Shown: one piece after another, positions 34,894 through 52,485 of the stretch | Position numbering within the stretch: position 1 is the stretch's first letter | Layout of the letters: each line of letters starts with the position of its first letter | Notes under the pieces: generated by a model | Database searches by the model: none | What the model was told of the DNA's origin: nothing | What the model saw: only the letters and a program-made list of their open reading frames with translations | Translations under genes and position numbers: made by a program | Source: Escherichia coli | GTDB taxonomy: Bacteria > Pseudomonadota > Gammaproteobacteria > Enterobacterales > Enterobacteriaceae | NCBI RefSeq assembly: GCF_002854065.1 | Contig: NZ_CP024147.1 | Direction: 5' to 3' (one strand) | Length of the DNA: 64,000 bases

Positions 34894-37710
34894 ATGAGTG
34901 ACTATAAATCAACCCTGAATTTGCCGGAAACAGGGTTCCCGATGCGTGGCGATCTCGCCAAGCGCGAACCGGGAATGCTGGCGCGTTGGACTGATGATGA
35001 TCTGTACGGCATCATCCGTGCGGCTAAAAAAGGCAAAAAAACCTTCATTCTGCATGATGGCCCTCCTTATGCGAATGGCAGCATTCATATTGGTCACTCG
35101 GTTAACAAGATTCTGAAAGACATTATCGTGAAGTCCAAAGGGCTTTCCGGTTATGACTCGCCGTATGTGCCTGGCTGGGACTGCCACGGTCTGCCGATCG
35201 AGCTGAAAGTAGAGCAAGAATACGGTAAGCCGGGTGAGAAATTCACCGCCGCCGAGTTCCGCGCCAAGTGCCGTGAATACGCGGCGACCCAGGTTGACGG
35301 TCAACGCAAAGACTTTATCCGTCTGGGCGTGCTGGGCGACTGGTCGCACCCGTACCTGACCATGGACTTCAAAACTGAAGCCAATATCATCCGCGCGCTG
35401 GGCAAAATCATCGGCAATGGTCACCTGCACAAAGGCGCGAAGCCGGTGCACTGGTGCGTAGACTGCCGTTCTGCACTGGCAGAAGCGGAAGTTGAGTATT
35501 ACGACAAAACTTCTCCGTCCATTGACGTCGCTTTCCAGGCGGTCGATCAGGATGCGCTGAAAGCGAAATTTGGCGTAAGCAACGTTAACGGCCCAATCTC
35601 GCTGGTGATCTGGACCACTACGCCATGGACTCTGCCTGCGAACCGCGCAATCTCTATTGCACCTGATTTCGACTATGCGCTGGTGCAGATCGACGGTCAG
35701 GCCGTGATTCTGGCGAAAGATCTGGTTGAAAGCGTAATGCAGCGTATCGGCGTGACCGATTACACCATTCTCGGCACGGTAAAAGGTGCGGAGCTTGAAC
35801 TGCTTCGCTTTACCCATCCGTTTATGGGCTTCGACGTTCCGGCAATTCTTGGCGATCACGTTACCCTGGATGCCGGTACCGGTGCCGTTCACACCGCGCC
35901 TGGCCACGGCCCGGACGACTATGTGATCGGTCAGAAATACGGCCTGGAAACCGCTAACCCGGTTGGCCCGGACGGCACTTATCTGCCGGGCACTTATCCG
36001 ACGCTGGATGGCGTGAACGTCTTCAAAGCGAACGACATCGTCGTTGCGCTGCTGCAGGAAAAAGGCGCGCTGCTGCACGTTGAGAAAATGCAGCACAGCT
36101 ATCCGTGCTGCTGGCGTCACAAAACGCCGATCATCTTCCGCGCGACGCCGCAGTGGTTCGTCAGCATGGATCAGAAAGGTCTGCGTGCGCAGTCACTGAA
36201 AGAGATCAAAGGCGTGCAGTGGATCCCGGACTGGGGCCAGGCGCGTATCGAGTCGATGGTTGCTAACCGTCCTGACTGGTGTATCTCCCGTCAGCGCACC
36301 TGGGGCGTACCGATGTCACTGTTCGTGCACAAAGACACGGAAGAGCTGCATCCGCGTACCCTCGAACTGATGGAAGAAGTGGCTAAACGCGTTGAAGTTG
36401 ACGGCATCCAGGCGTGGTGGGATCTCGATGCGAAAGAGATCCTCGGCGATGAAGCTGATCAGTACGTGAAAGTGCCGGATACGCTGGATGTATGGTTTGA
36501 CTCCGGATCTACCCACTCTTCCGTTGTTGACGTGCGTCCGGAATTTGCCGGTCACGCAGCGGACATGTATCTGGAAGGTTCTGACCAGCACCGTGGTTGG
36601 TTCATGTCTTCCCTGATGATCTCCACCGCGATGAAAGGCAAAGCGCCGTATCGTCAGGTACTGACCCACGGCTTTACCGTGGATGGTCAGGGCCGCAAGA
36701 TGTCTAAATCCATCGGCAACACCGTTTCGCCGCAGGATGTGATGAACAAACTGGGCGCGGATATTCTGCGTCTGTGGGTGGCATCAACCGACTACACCGG
36801 TGAAATGGCCGTTTCTGACGAGATCCTGAAACGTGCTGCCGATAGCTATCGTCGTATCCGTAACACCGCGCGCTTCCTGCTGGCAAACCTGAATGGTTTT
36901 GATCCAGCAAAAGATATGGTGAAACCGGAAGAGATGGTGGTACTGGATCGCTGGGCCGTAGGTTGTGCGAAAGCGGCACAGGAAGACATCCTCAAGGCGT
37001 ACGAAGCATATGATTTCCACGAAGTGGTACAGCGTCTGATGCGCTTCTGCTCCGTTGAGATGGGTTCCTTCTACCTCGACATCATCAAAGACCGTCAGTA
37101 CACCGCCAAAGCGGATAGCGTGGCGCGTCGTAGCTGCCAGACTGCGCTGTATCACATCGCTGAAGCGCTGGTGCGCTGGATGGCACCAATCCTCTCCTTC
37201 ACCGCTGATGAAGTGTGGGGCTACCTGCCGGGCGAACGTGAAAAATACGTCTTCACCGGTGAGTGGTACGAAGGCCTGTTTGGTCTGGCAGACAGTGAAG
37301 CAATGAACGATGCGTTTTGGGACGAGCTGTTGAAAGTGCGTGGCGAAGTGAACAAAGTCATTGAGCAAGCGCGTGCCGACAAGAAAGTGGGTGGCTCGCT
37401 GGAAGCGGCAGTAACCTTGTATGCAGAACCGGAACTGGCGGCGAAACTGACCGCGCTGGGCGATGAATTACGATTTGTCCTGTTGACCTCCGGCGCTACC
37501 GTTGCAGACTATAACGACGCACCTGCTGATGCTCAGCAGAGCGAAGTACTCAAAGGGCTGAAAGTCGCGTTGAGTAAAGCCGAAGGTGAGAAGTGCCCAC
37601 GCTGCTGGCACTACACCCAGGATGTCGGCAAGGTGGCGGAACACGCAGAAATCTGCGGCCGCTGTGTCAGCAACGTCGCCGGTGACGGTGAAAAACGTAA
37701 GTTTGCCTGA
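34894..37710 (+). CDS. ileS: Isoleucyl-tRNA synthetase
   Basis: 938-aa ORF with HIGH ([11 protein letters not shown]) and KMSKS motifs. Confidence 0.97.
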
Positions 37711-38204
37711 TGAGTCAATCGATCTGTTCAACAGGGCTACGCTGGCTGTGGCTGGTGGTAGTCGTGCTGATTATCGATCTGGGCAGCAAATACCTGATCC
37801 TCCAGAACTTTGCTCTGGGGGATACGGTCCCGCTGTTCCCGTCGCTTAATCTGCATTATGCGCGTAACTATGGCGCGGCGTTTAGTTTCCTTGCCGATAG
37901 CGGCGGCTGGCAGCGTTGGTTCTTTGCCGGTATTGCGATTGGTATTAGCGTGATCCTGGCAGTGATGATGTATCGCTCGAAGGCCACGCAGAAGCTAAAC
38001 AATATCGCTTATGCGCTGATTATTGGCGGCGCGCTGGGCAACCTGTTCGACCGCCTGTGGCACGGCTTCGTTGTCGATATGATCGACTTCTACGTCGGCG
38101 ACTGGCACTTCGCCACCTTCAACCTTGCCGATACTGCCATTTGTGTCGGTGCGGCACTGATTGTGCTGGAAGGTTTTTTGCCTTCTAAAGCGAAAAAACA
38201 ATAA
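37710..38204 (+). CDS. lspA: Lipoprotein signal peptidase II
   Basis: 164-aa membrane ORF; ATGA start/stop overlap with ileS. Confidence 0.95.
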
Positions 38205-38265
38205 TAAACCCTGCCGGATAAGGCCTACAGATTGCTGCGAAATCGTAGGCCGCATCCGGCAAAAA
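38205..38265. repeat. REP palindromic unit downstream of lspA
   Basis: ctgccggataaggcctacag ... cgtaggccgcatccggc. Confidence 0.5.
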
Positions 38266-38291
38266 TCCTCAAAATATAAGAGCAAACCTGC

Positions 38292-38741
38292 ATGTCTGAA
38301 TCTGTACAGAGCAATAGCGCCGTCCTGGTGCACTTCACGCTGAAACTCGATGATGGCACCACCGCTGAGTCTACCCGCAACAACGGTAAACCGGCGCTGT
38401 TCCGCCTGGGCGATGCTTCTCTTTCTGAAGGGCTGGAGCAACACCTGCTGGGGCTGAAAGTGGGCGATAAAACCACCTTCTCGCTGGAGCCAGATGCGGC
38501 GTTTGGCGTGCCGTCACCGGACCTGATTCAGTACTTCTCCCGCCGTGAGTTTATGGATGCAGGCGAGCCAGAAATTGGCGCAATTATGCTTTTTACCGCA
38601 ATGGATGGCAGTGAGATGCCTGGCGTGATCCGCGAAATTAACGGCGACTCTATTACCGTTGATTTCAACCATCCGCTGGCCGGGCAGACCGTTCATTTTG
38701 ATATTGAAGTGCTGGAAATCGATCCGGCACTGGAGGCGTAA
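38292..38741 (+). CDS. fkpB: FKBP-type peptidyl-prolyl cis-trans isomerase
   Basis: 149-aa [31 protein letters not shown]... Confidence 0.9.
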
Positions 38742-38742
38742 C

Positions 38743-39693
38743 ATGCAGATCCTGTTGGCCAACCCACGTGGTTTTTGTGCCGGGGTAGACCGCGCTATCA
38801 GCATTGTTGAAAACGCGCTTGCCATTTACGGCGCACCGATATATGTCCGTCACGAAGTGGTGCATAACCGCTACGTGGTCGATAGCCTGCGCGAGCGTGG
38901 AGCTATCTTTATTGAGCAGATCAGCGAAGTGCCGGACGGCGCGATCCTGATCTTCTCCGCACATGGTGTTTCTCAGGCGGTACGTAACGAAGCGAAAAGC
39001 CGTGATTTGACGGTATTCGACGCCACCTGTCCGCTGGTGACCAAAGTGCATATGGAAGTAGCCCGCGCCAGCCGTCGTGGCGAAGAGTCTATTCTCATCG
39101 GTCACGCCGGGCACCCGGAAGTGGAAGGGACGATGGGGCAGTACAGCAACCCTGAAGGGGGAATGTATCTGGTCGAATCGCCAGACGATGTGTGGAAACT
39201 GACGGTCAAAAACGAAGAGAAGCTCTCCTTTATGACCCAAACCACGCTGTCGGTGGATGACACGTCTGATGTGATCGACGCGCTGCGTAAACGCTTCCCG
39301 AAGATTGTCGGTCCGCGCAAAGATGACATCTGCTACGCCACGACTAACCGTCAGGAAGCGGTACGCGCCCTGGCAGAACAGGCGGAAGTTGTGTTGGTGG
39401 TCGGTTCGAAAAACTCCTCCAACTCCAACCGTCTGGCGGAGCTGGCCCAGCGTATGGGCAAACGCGCGTTTTTGATTGACGATGCGAAAGATATCCAGGA
39501 AGAGTGGGTGAAAGAGGTTAAATGCGTCGGCGTGACTGCGGGCGCATCGGCTCCGGATATTCTGGTGCAGAATGTTGTGGCACGTTTGCAACAGCTGGGC
39601 GGTGGTGAAGCCATTCCGCTGGAAGGCCGTGAAGAAAACATTGTTTTCGAAGTGCCGAAAGAGCTGCGTGTCGATATTCGTGAAGTCGATTAA
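38743..39693 (+). CDS. ispH: 4-hydroxy-3-methylbut-2-enyl diphosphate reductase
   Basis: Start at [19 protein letters not shown] inside ORF 38659..39693; 316 aa. Confidence 0.95.
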
Positions 39694-39758
39694 GTCATTA
39701 GCAGCCTAAGTTATGCGAAAATGCCGGTCTTGTTACCGGCATTTTTTATGGAGAAAAC

Positions 39759-40673
39759 ATGCGTTTACCTATCTTCCTCGATACTGACCCCGGCATTGAC
39801 GATGCCGTCGCCATTGCCGCCGCGATTTTTGCCCCCGAACTCGACCTGCAACTGATGACCACCGTCGCGGGTAATGTCTCGGTTGAGAAAACCACCCGCA
39901 ACGCCCTGCAACTGCTGCATTTCTGGAATGCGGAGATTCCGCTCGCCCAGGGAGCCGCTGTGCCGCTGGTACGCGCACCGCGTGATGCAGCATCTGTGCA
40001 CGGCGAATCGGGAATGGCTGGCTACGACTTTGTTGAGCACAACCGAAAGCCACTCGGGATACCGGCGTTTCTGGCGATTCGGGATGCCCTGATGCGTGCA
40101 CCAGAGCCCGTTACCCTGGTGGCCATCGGCCCGTTAACCAATATTGCGCTGTTACTTTCACAATGCCCGGAATGTAAACCGTATATTCGTCGTCTGGTGA
40201 TCATGGGCGGCTCTGCCGGTCGCGGCAACTGCACGCCAAACGCCGAGTTTAATATCGCTGCCGATCCAGAAGCGGCAGCCTGTGTCTTCCGTAGCGGCAT
40301 CGAAATCGTCATGTGCGGTCTGGATGTCACCAATCAGGCAATATTAACCCCTGACTATCTCGCTACTTTGCCGGAGTTGAATCGCACCGGAAAAATGCTC
40401 CACGCCCTGTTTAGCCACTACCGTAGCGGCAGTATGCAAAGCGGTCTGCGAATGCACGATCTCTGCGCCATCGCCTGGCTGGTGCGCCCGGACTTATTCA
40501 CCCTCAAGCCGTGTTTTGTCGCGGTAGAAACTCAAGGCGAATTTACCTCAGGCACGACGGTGGTTGATATCGACGGTTGCCTGGGCAAACCAGCCAATGT
40601 ACAGGTGGCATTGGATCTGAATGTAAAAGGCTTCCAACAGTGGGTGGCTGAGGTGCTGGCTCTGGTGCCGTAA
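39759..40673 (+). CDS. rihC: Non-specific ribonucleoside hydrolase
   Basis: 304-aa ORF with [12 protein letters not shown] nucleoside-hydrolase motif. Confidence 0.9.
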   Translation: MRLPIFLDTDPGIDDAVAIAAAIFAPELDLQLMTTVAGNVSVEKTTRNALQLLHFWNAEIPLAQGAAVPLVRAPRDAASVHGESGMAGYDFVEHNRKPLGIPAFLAIRDALMRAPEPVTLVAIGPLTNIALLLSQCPECKPYIRRLVIMGGSAGRGNCTPNAEFNIAADPEAAACVFRSGIEIVMCGLDVTNQAILTPDYLATLPELNRTGKMLHALFSHYRSGSMQSGLRMHDLCAIAWLVRPDLFTLKPCFVAVETQGEFTSGTTVVDIDGCLGKPANVQVALDLNVKGFQQWVAEVLALVP

Positions 40674-40824
40674 CCTGTCACATGTTATCGGCATGCAGTC
40701 ATTCATCGACTCATGCCTTTCACTGATATCCCTCCCTGTTTATCATTAATTTCTAATTATCAGCGTTTTTGGCTGGCGGCGTAGCGATGCGCTGGTTACT
40801 CTGAAAACGGTCTATGCAAATTAA

Positions 40825-41661
<837 letters not shown>

Positions 41662-42064
41662 CCACAAAATGTTTATGATGATGCAAAAGTAACACATTTA
41701 ATTTATTAATTATAAAGGGCTTTAATTTTTAGCCCTTTTATTTTTGGTGTTATGCTTTTAAATTTTCTATAACTGCCAAAAATTACATGTTTTGTCTTCT
41801 ATTTTTGTTGTTTTAATGTAAATTTTGACCATTTGGTCCACTTTTTCCTGCTCGTTTTTATTTCATGCAATCTTCTTGCTGCGCAAGCGTTTTACAGAAC
41901 AGGTTAGATGATCTTTTTGTCGCTTAATGCCTGTAAAACATGCATGAGCCACAAAATAATATAAAAAATCCTGCCATTAAGTTGACTTTTAGCGCCCATA
42001 TCTCCAGAATGCCGCCGTTTGCCAGAAATTCGTCGGTAAGCAGATTTGCATTGATTTACGTCAT

Positions 42065-42106
42065 CATTGTGAATTAATATGCAAATAAAGTGAGTGAATA
42101 TTCTCT
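42065..42106 (+). promoter_or_regulatory. carAB P2 region with tandem ARG-box-like ArgR operators
   Basis: ttgtgaattaatatgcaaa and gtgagtgaatattctct resemble the ARG box (TnTGAATwwwwATTCAnw) just upstream of carA. Confidence 0.5.
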
Positions 42107-42116
42107 GGAGGGTGTT

Positions 42117-43265
42117 TTGATTAAGTCAGCGCTATTGGTTCTGGAAGACGGAACCCAGTTTCACGGTCGGGCCATAGGGGCAACAGGTTCGGCGGTTGGG
42201 GAAGTCGTTTTCAATACTTCAATGACCGGTTATCAAGAAATCCTCACTGATCCTTCCTATTCTCGTCAAATCGTTACTCTTACTTATCCCCATATTGGCA
42301 ATGTCGGCACTAATGACGCCGATGAAGAATCTTCTCAGGTACATGCACAAGGTCTGGTGATTCGCGATCTGCCGCTGATTGCCAGCAACTTCCGTAATAC
42401 CGAAGACCTCTCTTCTTACCTGAAGCGCCATAACATCGTGGCGATTGCCGATATCGATACCCGTAAGCTGACGCGTTTACTGCGCGAGAAAGGCGCACAG
42501 AATGGCTGCATTATCGCAGGCGATAACCCGGATGCGGCGCTGGCGTTAGAAAAAGCCCGCGCGTTCCCAGGTCTGAATGGCATGGATCTGGCAAAAGAAG
42601 TGACCACCGCAGAAGCCTATAGCTGGACACAAGGGAGCTGGACGTTGACCGGCGGCCTGCCAGAAGCGAAAAAAGAAGACGAGCTGCCGTTCCACGTCGT
42701 GGCTTATGATTTTGGTGCCAAGCGCAACATCCTGCGGATGCTGGTGGATAGAGGCTGTCGCCTGACCATCGTTCCGGCGCAAACTTCTGCGGAAGATGTG
42801 CTGAAAATGAATCCAGACGGCATCTTCCTCTCCAACGGTCCTGGCGACCCGGCCCCGTGCGATTACGCCATTACCGCCATCCAGAAATTCCTCGAAACCG
42901 ATATTCCGGTCTTCGGCATCTGCCTCGGTCATCAGCTGCTGGCTCTGGCGAGCGGTGCGAAGACTGTCAAAATGAAATTTGGTCACCACGGCGGCAACCA
43001 TCCGGTTAAAGATGTGGAGAAAAACGTGGTGATGATCACCGCCCAGAACCACGGTTTTGCGGTGGACGAAGCAACATTACCTGCAAACCTGCGTGTCACG
43101 CATAAATCCCTGTTCGACGGTACGTTACAGGGCATTCATCGCACCGATAAACCGGCGTTCAGCTTCCAGGGGCACCCGGAAGCCAGCCCAGGTCCACACG
43201 ACGCAGCGCCGTTGTTCGACCACTTTATCGAGTTAATTGAGCAGTACCGTAAAACCGCTAAGTAA
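42117..43265 (+). CDS. carA: Carbamoyl-phosphate synthase small subunit
   Basis: Start taken at the TTG codon ([17 protein letters not shown]) inside ORF 42090..43265; 382 aa. Confidence 0.95.
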
Positions 43266-43282
43266 TCAGGAGTAAAAGAGCC

Positions 43283-46504
<3,222 letters not shown>

Positions 46505-46556
46505 TAGCGTGTCATGGCGGATATTTTTCATCCGCTAATTTGATCGAATAACTAAT

Positions 46557-46586
46557 ACGGTTCTCTGATGAGGACCGTTTTTTTTG
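46557..46586 (+). terminator. carAB terminator
   Basis: acggttctctgatgaggaccgtttttttt. Confidence 0.7.
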
Positions 46587-46764
46587 CCCATTAAGTAAAT
46601 CTTTTGGGGAATCGATATTTTTGATGACATAAGCAGGATTTAGCTCACACTTATCGACGGTGAAGTTGCATACTATCGATATATCCACAATTTTAATATG
46701 GCCTTGTTTAATTGCTTCAAAACGAGTCATAGCCAGACTTTTAATTTGTGAAACTGGAGTTCGT

Positions 46765-47160
46765 ATGTGTGAAGGATATGTTGAAAAACCACTCTACTTG
46801 TTAATCGCCGAATGGATGATGGCTGAAAATCGGTGGGTGATAGCAAGAGAGATCTCTATTCATTTCGATATTGAACACAGCAAGGCGGTTAATACCCTGA
46901 CTTATATTCTGTCGGAAGTCACAGAAATAAGCTGCGAAGTTAAGATGATCCCTAATAAGCTGGAAGGGCGGGGATGCCAGTGTCAGCGACTGGTTAAAGT
47001 GGTCGATATCGATGAGCAAATTTACGCGCGCCTGCGCAATAACAGTCGGGAAAAATTAGTCGGCGTAAGAAAGACACCGCGTATTCCTGCCGTTCCGCTC
47101 ACGGAACTTAACCGCGAGCAGAAGTGGCAGATGATGTTGTCAAAGAGTATGCGTCGTTAA
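46765..47160 (+). CDS. caiF: Transcriptional activator of the cai/fix operons
   Basis: Start at MCEGYVEKPLYLLIAEWMMAENRW inside ORF 46660..47160; 131 aa. Confidence 0.9.
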   Translation: MCEGYVEKPLYLLIAEWMMAENRWVIAREISIHFDIEHSKAVNTLTYILSEVTEISCEVKMIPNKLEGRGCQCQRLVKVVDIDEQIYARLRNNSREKLVGVRKTPRIPAVPLTELNREQKWQMMLSKSMRR

Positions 47161-47245
47161 TTTTATCTCGTTGATACCGGGCGTCCTGCTTGCCAGATAC
47201 GATGTTGTAGCATCTTATCCAGCAACCAGGTCGCATCCGGCAAGA

Positions 47246-47836
47246 TCACCGTTTAGGCGTCACATCCGTCGTCCCCTGCAAACGGGGGCGATTTTCCTCC
47301 ATTTGCCTCAGTGGCTGCGTTTCATGTAACGATGCATGACAGCGCCCGACAAGATCCTGATACTCTTTGGTATTCAACCGTTTCCAGTGTAACTCGTCGT
47401 CACTAACACTGCGTACAGCGCGGGCTGGCGTACCCATCAACAACTGGCGTTTCTCGCCGTGAAAGCCTGCTTTGACAAAGCTCATGGCGGCAACAATGCT
47501 CTCTTCGCCAATGACCGCGCCATCCATAATCACGCTGTTCATCCCGACCAATGCATCGCGACCAATCACACAACCATGCAGGATCGCTCCGTGCCCGATA
47601 TGGCCGTTTTCCCCAACGATGGTATCAGTGTCGCAGTAGCCATGCATAATGCAGCCATCCTGAATATTGGCTCCCGTTTGCACGATCAACCGCCCGTAGT
47701 CACCACGCAGTGAGGCGAGTGGGCCAATGTAGACACCGGCTCCCACAATCACATCGCCAATCAAGACTGCACTGGGATGGACAAACGCCGTCGGGTGAAC
47801 CACCGGAATTAACCCCTCAAAGGCGTAATAGCTCAC
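47246..47836 (-). CDS. caiE: Carnitine operon protein CaiE (hexapeptide-repeat family)
   Basis: Within ORF 47246..47857; start assumed at the GTG equivalent to K-12 MSYYAFEGL. Confidence 0.85.
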   Translation of the reverse strand: MSYYAFEGLIPVVHPTAFVHPSAVLIGDVIVGAGVYIGPLASLRGDYGRLIVQTGANIQDGCIMHGYCDTDTIVGENGHIGHGAILHGCVIGRDALVGMNSVIMDGAVIGEESIVAAMSFVKAGFHGEKRQLLMGTPARAVRSVSDDELHWKRLNTKEYQDLVGRCHASLHETQPLRQMEENRPRLQGTTDVTPKR

Positions 47837-47841
47837 GGTTG

Positions 47842-48627
47842 TTAACGTCCTTTCCACACCGGATCGCGCTTCTCGGCAAACGCCAGCGGCCCTTCAATGG
47901 CATCTTCCGAATGCAGAACCGATGGATAGTGTTTCAACACGCCGCTGCGAATATAGCGATACGCTTCTTCTACCGGCATTTCGCTGGTGGTGCGGTAGAT
48001 CTCTTTCAGCGCCGCAATCGCCAGCGGGGCGCTGTTAACCAGCTGCTGAGCCAGTTCGCGGGCGTTATCCATCAGTTCCGCCTGGCTAACCACGCGGTTG
48101 ACTATCCCCCAACGCAGCGCCTCTTCTGCGCCCATTCGTCTGCCGGTCATCACCATTTCATTGACGATGGCAGGCGGCAGGATCTTCGGCAGACGCAGCA
48201 CACCGCCGCTGTCAGGAACGATGCCCAGTTTGGCTTCCGGCAGGGCGAAGCTGGCGTTATCGGCACAAACAATAAAATCTGCCGCCAGCGCCAGTTCGAA
48301 ACCGCCGCCAAAGGCGTAGCCGTTCACAGCTGCGATAACCGGTTTGTCGAGATTGAAAATTTCGGTTAATCCCGCAAAACCACCCGGGCCAAAGTCAGCA
48401 TCCGGTGCTTCGCCTTCTGCTGCCGCTTTTAAATCCCAGCCCGCGGAAAAGAATTTCTCTCCGGCACCGGTAATAATGGCGACACGTAATTGCGGATCGT
48501 CACGGAAATTTAGAAATACTTCGCCCATTTCAAAGCTGGTTTTTGCATCAATAGCATTCGCTTTTGGGCGATCAAGGGTAATTTCCAGAATTGATCCATT
48601 GCGGGTCAGATGTAATGATTCACTCAT
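47842..48627 (-). CDS. caiD: Carnitinyl-CoA dehydratase (crotonase family)
   Basis: Start at [25 protein letters not shown] inside ORF 47842..48735; 261 aa. Confidence 0.9.
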   Translation of the reverse strand: MSESLHLTRNGSILEITLDRPKANAIDAKTSFEMGEVFLNFRDDPQLRVAIITGAGEKFFSAGWDLKAAAEGEAPDADFGPGGFAGLTEIFNLDKPVIAAVNGYAFGGGFELALAADFIVCADNASFALPEAKLGIVPDSGGVLRLPKILPPAIVNEMVMTGRRMGAEEALRWGIVNRVVSQAELMDNARELAQQLVNSAPLAIAALKEIYRTTSEMPVEEAYRYIRSGVLKHYPSVLHSEDAIEGPLAFAEKRDPVWKGR

Positions 48628-48735
48628 TCCTTTTCTCCATTTTTGCTTTTTCAGGGACGACAACATCCCTGCAAAAAATGCATATTGTTTTAGAACGTGA
48701 TTATTAGCTTGCAGGGTAGTTCCCTGCCGTTTCAT

Positions 48736-49014
48736 TTATTTCAGATTCTTTCTAATTATTTTCCCCGAGCAATTACGTGGCAGATCTTTTCTGATCTCCA
48801 GATAAGAGGGCACTTTAAATTTCGCCATATTTTGTTCGCAGAAGCGAAAAAATTCCTCTTCGCTCAATGTTTCACCTTCATTCAGCACCACAAATGCTTT
48901 GATGGCTTCATCGCGAATCGAATCTTTAATACCCACAACCACGATGTCCTGAATTTTCGGATGGGTGGCGATGATATTTTCCAGCTCCACGCAGGAGACA
49001 TTCTCGCCACCGCG
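48736..49014 (-). pseudogene. caiC: caiC 3' fragment (C-terminal ~85 codons of the CoA ligase), split by IS1
   Basis: ORF 48736..48990 encodes ...[22 protein letters not shown]...KIIRKNLK; abuts the IS1 left end at 49015. Confidence 0.9.
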
Positions 49015-49069
49015 GGTGATGCTGCCAACTTACTGATTTAGTGTATGATGGTGTTTTTGAGGTGCTCCA

Positions 49070-49345
49070 GTGGCTTCTGTTTCTATCAGCTGTCCCTCCT
49101 GTTCAGCTACTGACGGGGTGGTGCGTAACGGCAAAAGCACTGCCGGACATCAGCGCTATCTCTGCTCTCACTGCCGTAAAACATGGCAACTGCAGTTCAC
49201 TTACACCGCTTCTCAACCCGGTACGCACCAGAAAATCATTGATATGGCCATGAATGGCGTTGGATGCCGGGCAACCGCCCGCATTATGGGCGTTGGCCTC
49301 AACACGATTTTCCGCCATTTAAAAAACTCAGGCCGCAGTCGGTAA
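49070..49345 (+). CDS. insA: IS1 InsA
   Basis: 91-aa ORF identical to the copy 1 InsA. Confidence 0.9.
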   Translation: MASVSISCPSCSATDGVVRNGKSTAGHQRYLCSHCRKTWQLQFTYTASQPGTHQKIIDMAMNGVGCRATARIMGVGLNTIFRHLKNSGRSR

Positions 49346-49767
49346 CCTCGCGCATACAGCCGGGCAGTGACGTCATCGTCTGCGCGGAAATGGACGAACA
49401 GTGGGGATACGTCGGGGCTAAATCGCGCCAGCGCTGGCTGTTTTACGCGTATGACAGGCTCCGGAAGACGGTTGTTGCGCACGTATTCGGTGAACGCACT
49501 ATGGCGACGCTGGGGCGTCTTATGAGCCTGCTGTCACCCTTTGACGTGGTGATATGGATGACGGATGGCTGGCCGCTGTATGAATCCCGCCTGAAGGGAA
49601 AGCTGCACGTAATCAGCAAGCGATATACGCAGCGAATTGAGCGGCATAACCTGAATCTGAGGCAGCACCTGGCACGGCTGGGACGGAAGTCGCTGTCGTT
49701 CTCAAAATCGGTGGAGCTGCATGACAAAGTCATCGGGCATTATCTGAACATAAAACACTATCAATAA
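49264..49767 (+). CDS. insB: IS1 InsB
   Basis: 167-aa ORF identical to the copy 1 InsB. Confidence 0.9.
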   Translation: MPGNRPHYGRWPQHDFPPFKKLRPQSVTSRIQPGSDVIVCAEMDEQWGYVGAKSRQRWLFYAYDRLRKTVVAHVFGERTMATLGRLMSLLSPFDVVIWMTDGWPLYESRLKGKLHVISKRYTQRIERHNLNLRQHLARLGRKSLSFSKSVELHDKVIGHYLNIKHYQ

Positions 49768-49782
49768 GTTGGAGTCATTACC

Positions 49783-51081
49783 GCCACCGCGTTTGATCAT
49801 ATTGCAGCGGCGATCGACGACATAAAAAAAGCCTTCTTCGTCGCGGTATCCGGTATCGCCGGTATGCAGCCAGCCATCAGCTTCCAGCACTTTTGCAGTG
49901 GCTTTCGGGTTGAGAAAATACTCTTTGAAGATGGTTTTCCCTGGTACGCCTTTAATACAGATTTCACCGATCTCACCTGCCGGGAGCGGGCGATTGTGAT
50001 CGTCGCGGATCTCCGCTTCGTAGCAAAACCCCGCCCGACCAATCGACGGCCAGCGTCGTTTATCGCCAGGGCGATCGCCGATAATGCCCACAATGGTTTC
50101 CGTCATCCCATAAGACGTCAGCAAGCGAACGCCGAAGCGTTCACAAAACGCATCTTTTTCCTGCTCCGACAAGTTGAGATAAAACATCACTTCCCGCAGG
50201 CGGTGTTGCCGATCGTTCGCTGAAGGCGGCTGCACCATCAACGTACGAATCATCATCGGAATACATTCGGTAACGGTGGCGCGGTACTTCTGCACCTGTC
50301 CCCAGAAGGCGCGGGCGCTGTATTTCTCGACCAGCACAAAGGTGGCCCCGGCAGAAAACGCCGCCATCGCCGCAGTACACTGGCAATCGATATGAAACGC
50401 AGGCATTACCGTCAGGTAGACGTCATCGTCACGCAGTGCACACTGCCAGGCGGAGTAATATCCAGCGAAGCGCAGGTTGTAATGGGTAATCACCACACCT
50501 TTCGGTCGGGAGGTGGTGCCGGAGGTGAAGAGAATTTCCGCCGTATCGTCAGTCGATAGCGGCGGTGCATAGCACAAGGTGGCAGGTTGTTGATTTTTCA
50601 GTTGAGTAAACGAACTCACGCCATCATCAGCGGGAAGTGCCACATCTGTCAGGCAAATGTGCCGCAACTGAGTGGCATCTTCCTGCTGAATCTGTTGATA
50701 CATAGGATAAAATTGCGCACTGGTCACCAGCAGGCAAGCCTGGCTATTTTGCAAGATCCACGCGCTTTCCTCGCGCAACAGGCGGGCGTTAATCGGCACC
50801 ATAATCGCGCCAATTTTTGCCAGCCCGAACCAGCAAAAGATAAATTCCGGGCAGTTGTCGAGATGTAGTGCAACCTTGTCGCCTTTGCGAATCCCCAGCG
50901 TATAAAACAGGTTTGCCGTGCGGTTAATCTCCTGATTTAACTCAAGATAACTATACCGGTTAACGACTCCGCCGCTGGATTCACAAATCAGCGCCGTTTT
51001 ATGACCGTAAACGTCCGCCAGATCGTCCCACATTTGACGTAGATGTTGTCCGCCAATGATATCCATTGCACCTCTATCCAT
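49783..51081 (-). pseudogene. caiC: caiC 5' fragment (N-terminal ~430 codons), split by IS1
   Basis: ORF 49702..51081: native sequence ...[27 protein letters not shown]... runs to ...[10 protein letters not shown] and then reads into IS1. Confidence 0.9.
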
Positions 51082-51139
51082 TTTTGTTCGTTTGTTATTG
51101 GGCGGGCGTTAGTCAGGCAAGCCGACTGACGCCACGCGT

Positions 51140-52375
<1,236 letters not shown>

Positions 52376-52379
52376 TTAT

Positions 52380-52480
<101 letters not shown>

Positions 52481-52485
52481 CGGAC

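Larger units (their letters stand above)
49015..49782 (+). mobile_element. IS1 copy 2 (768 bp) inserted in caiC with 9-bp target-site duplication GCCACCGCG
   Basis: Inverted repeats ggtgatgctgccaacttactgat ... atcaataagttggagtcattacc; gccaccgcg at 49006..49014 and 49783..49791. Confidence 0.97.

Noticed and set aside
42090-42116. GTG start giving a 391-aa carA (MSEYSLEGV...)
   Set aside because: The conserved CarA N-terminus begins at the downstream TTG ([12 protein letters not shown]); the upstream extension overlaps the ARG-box operator region.
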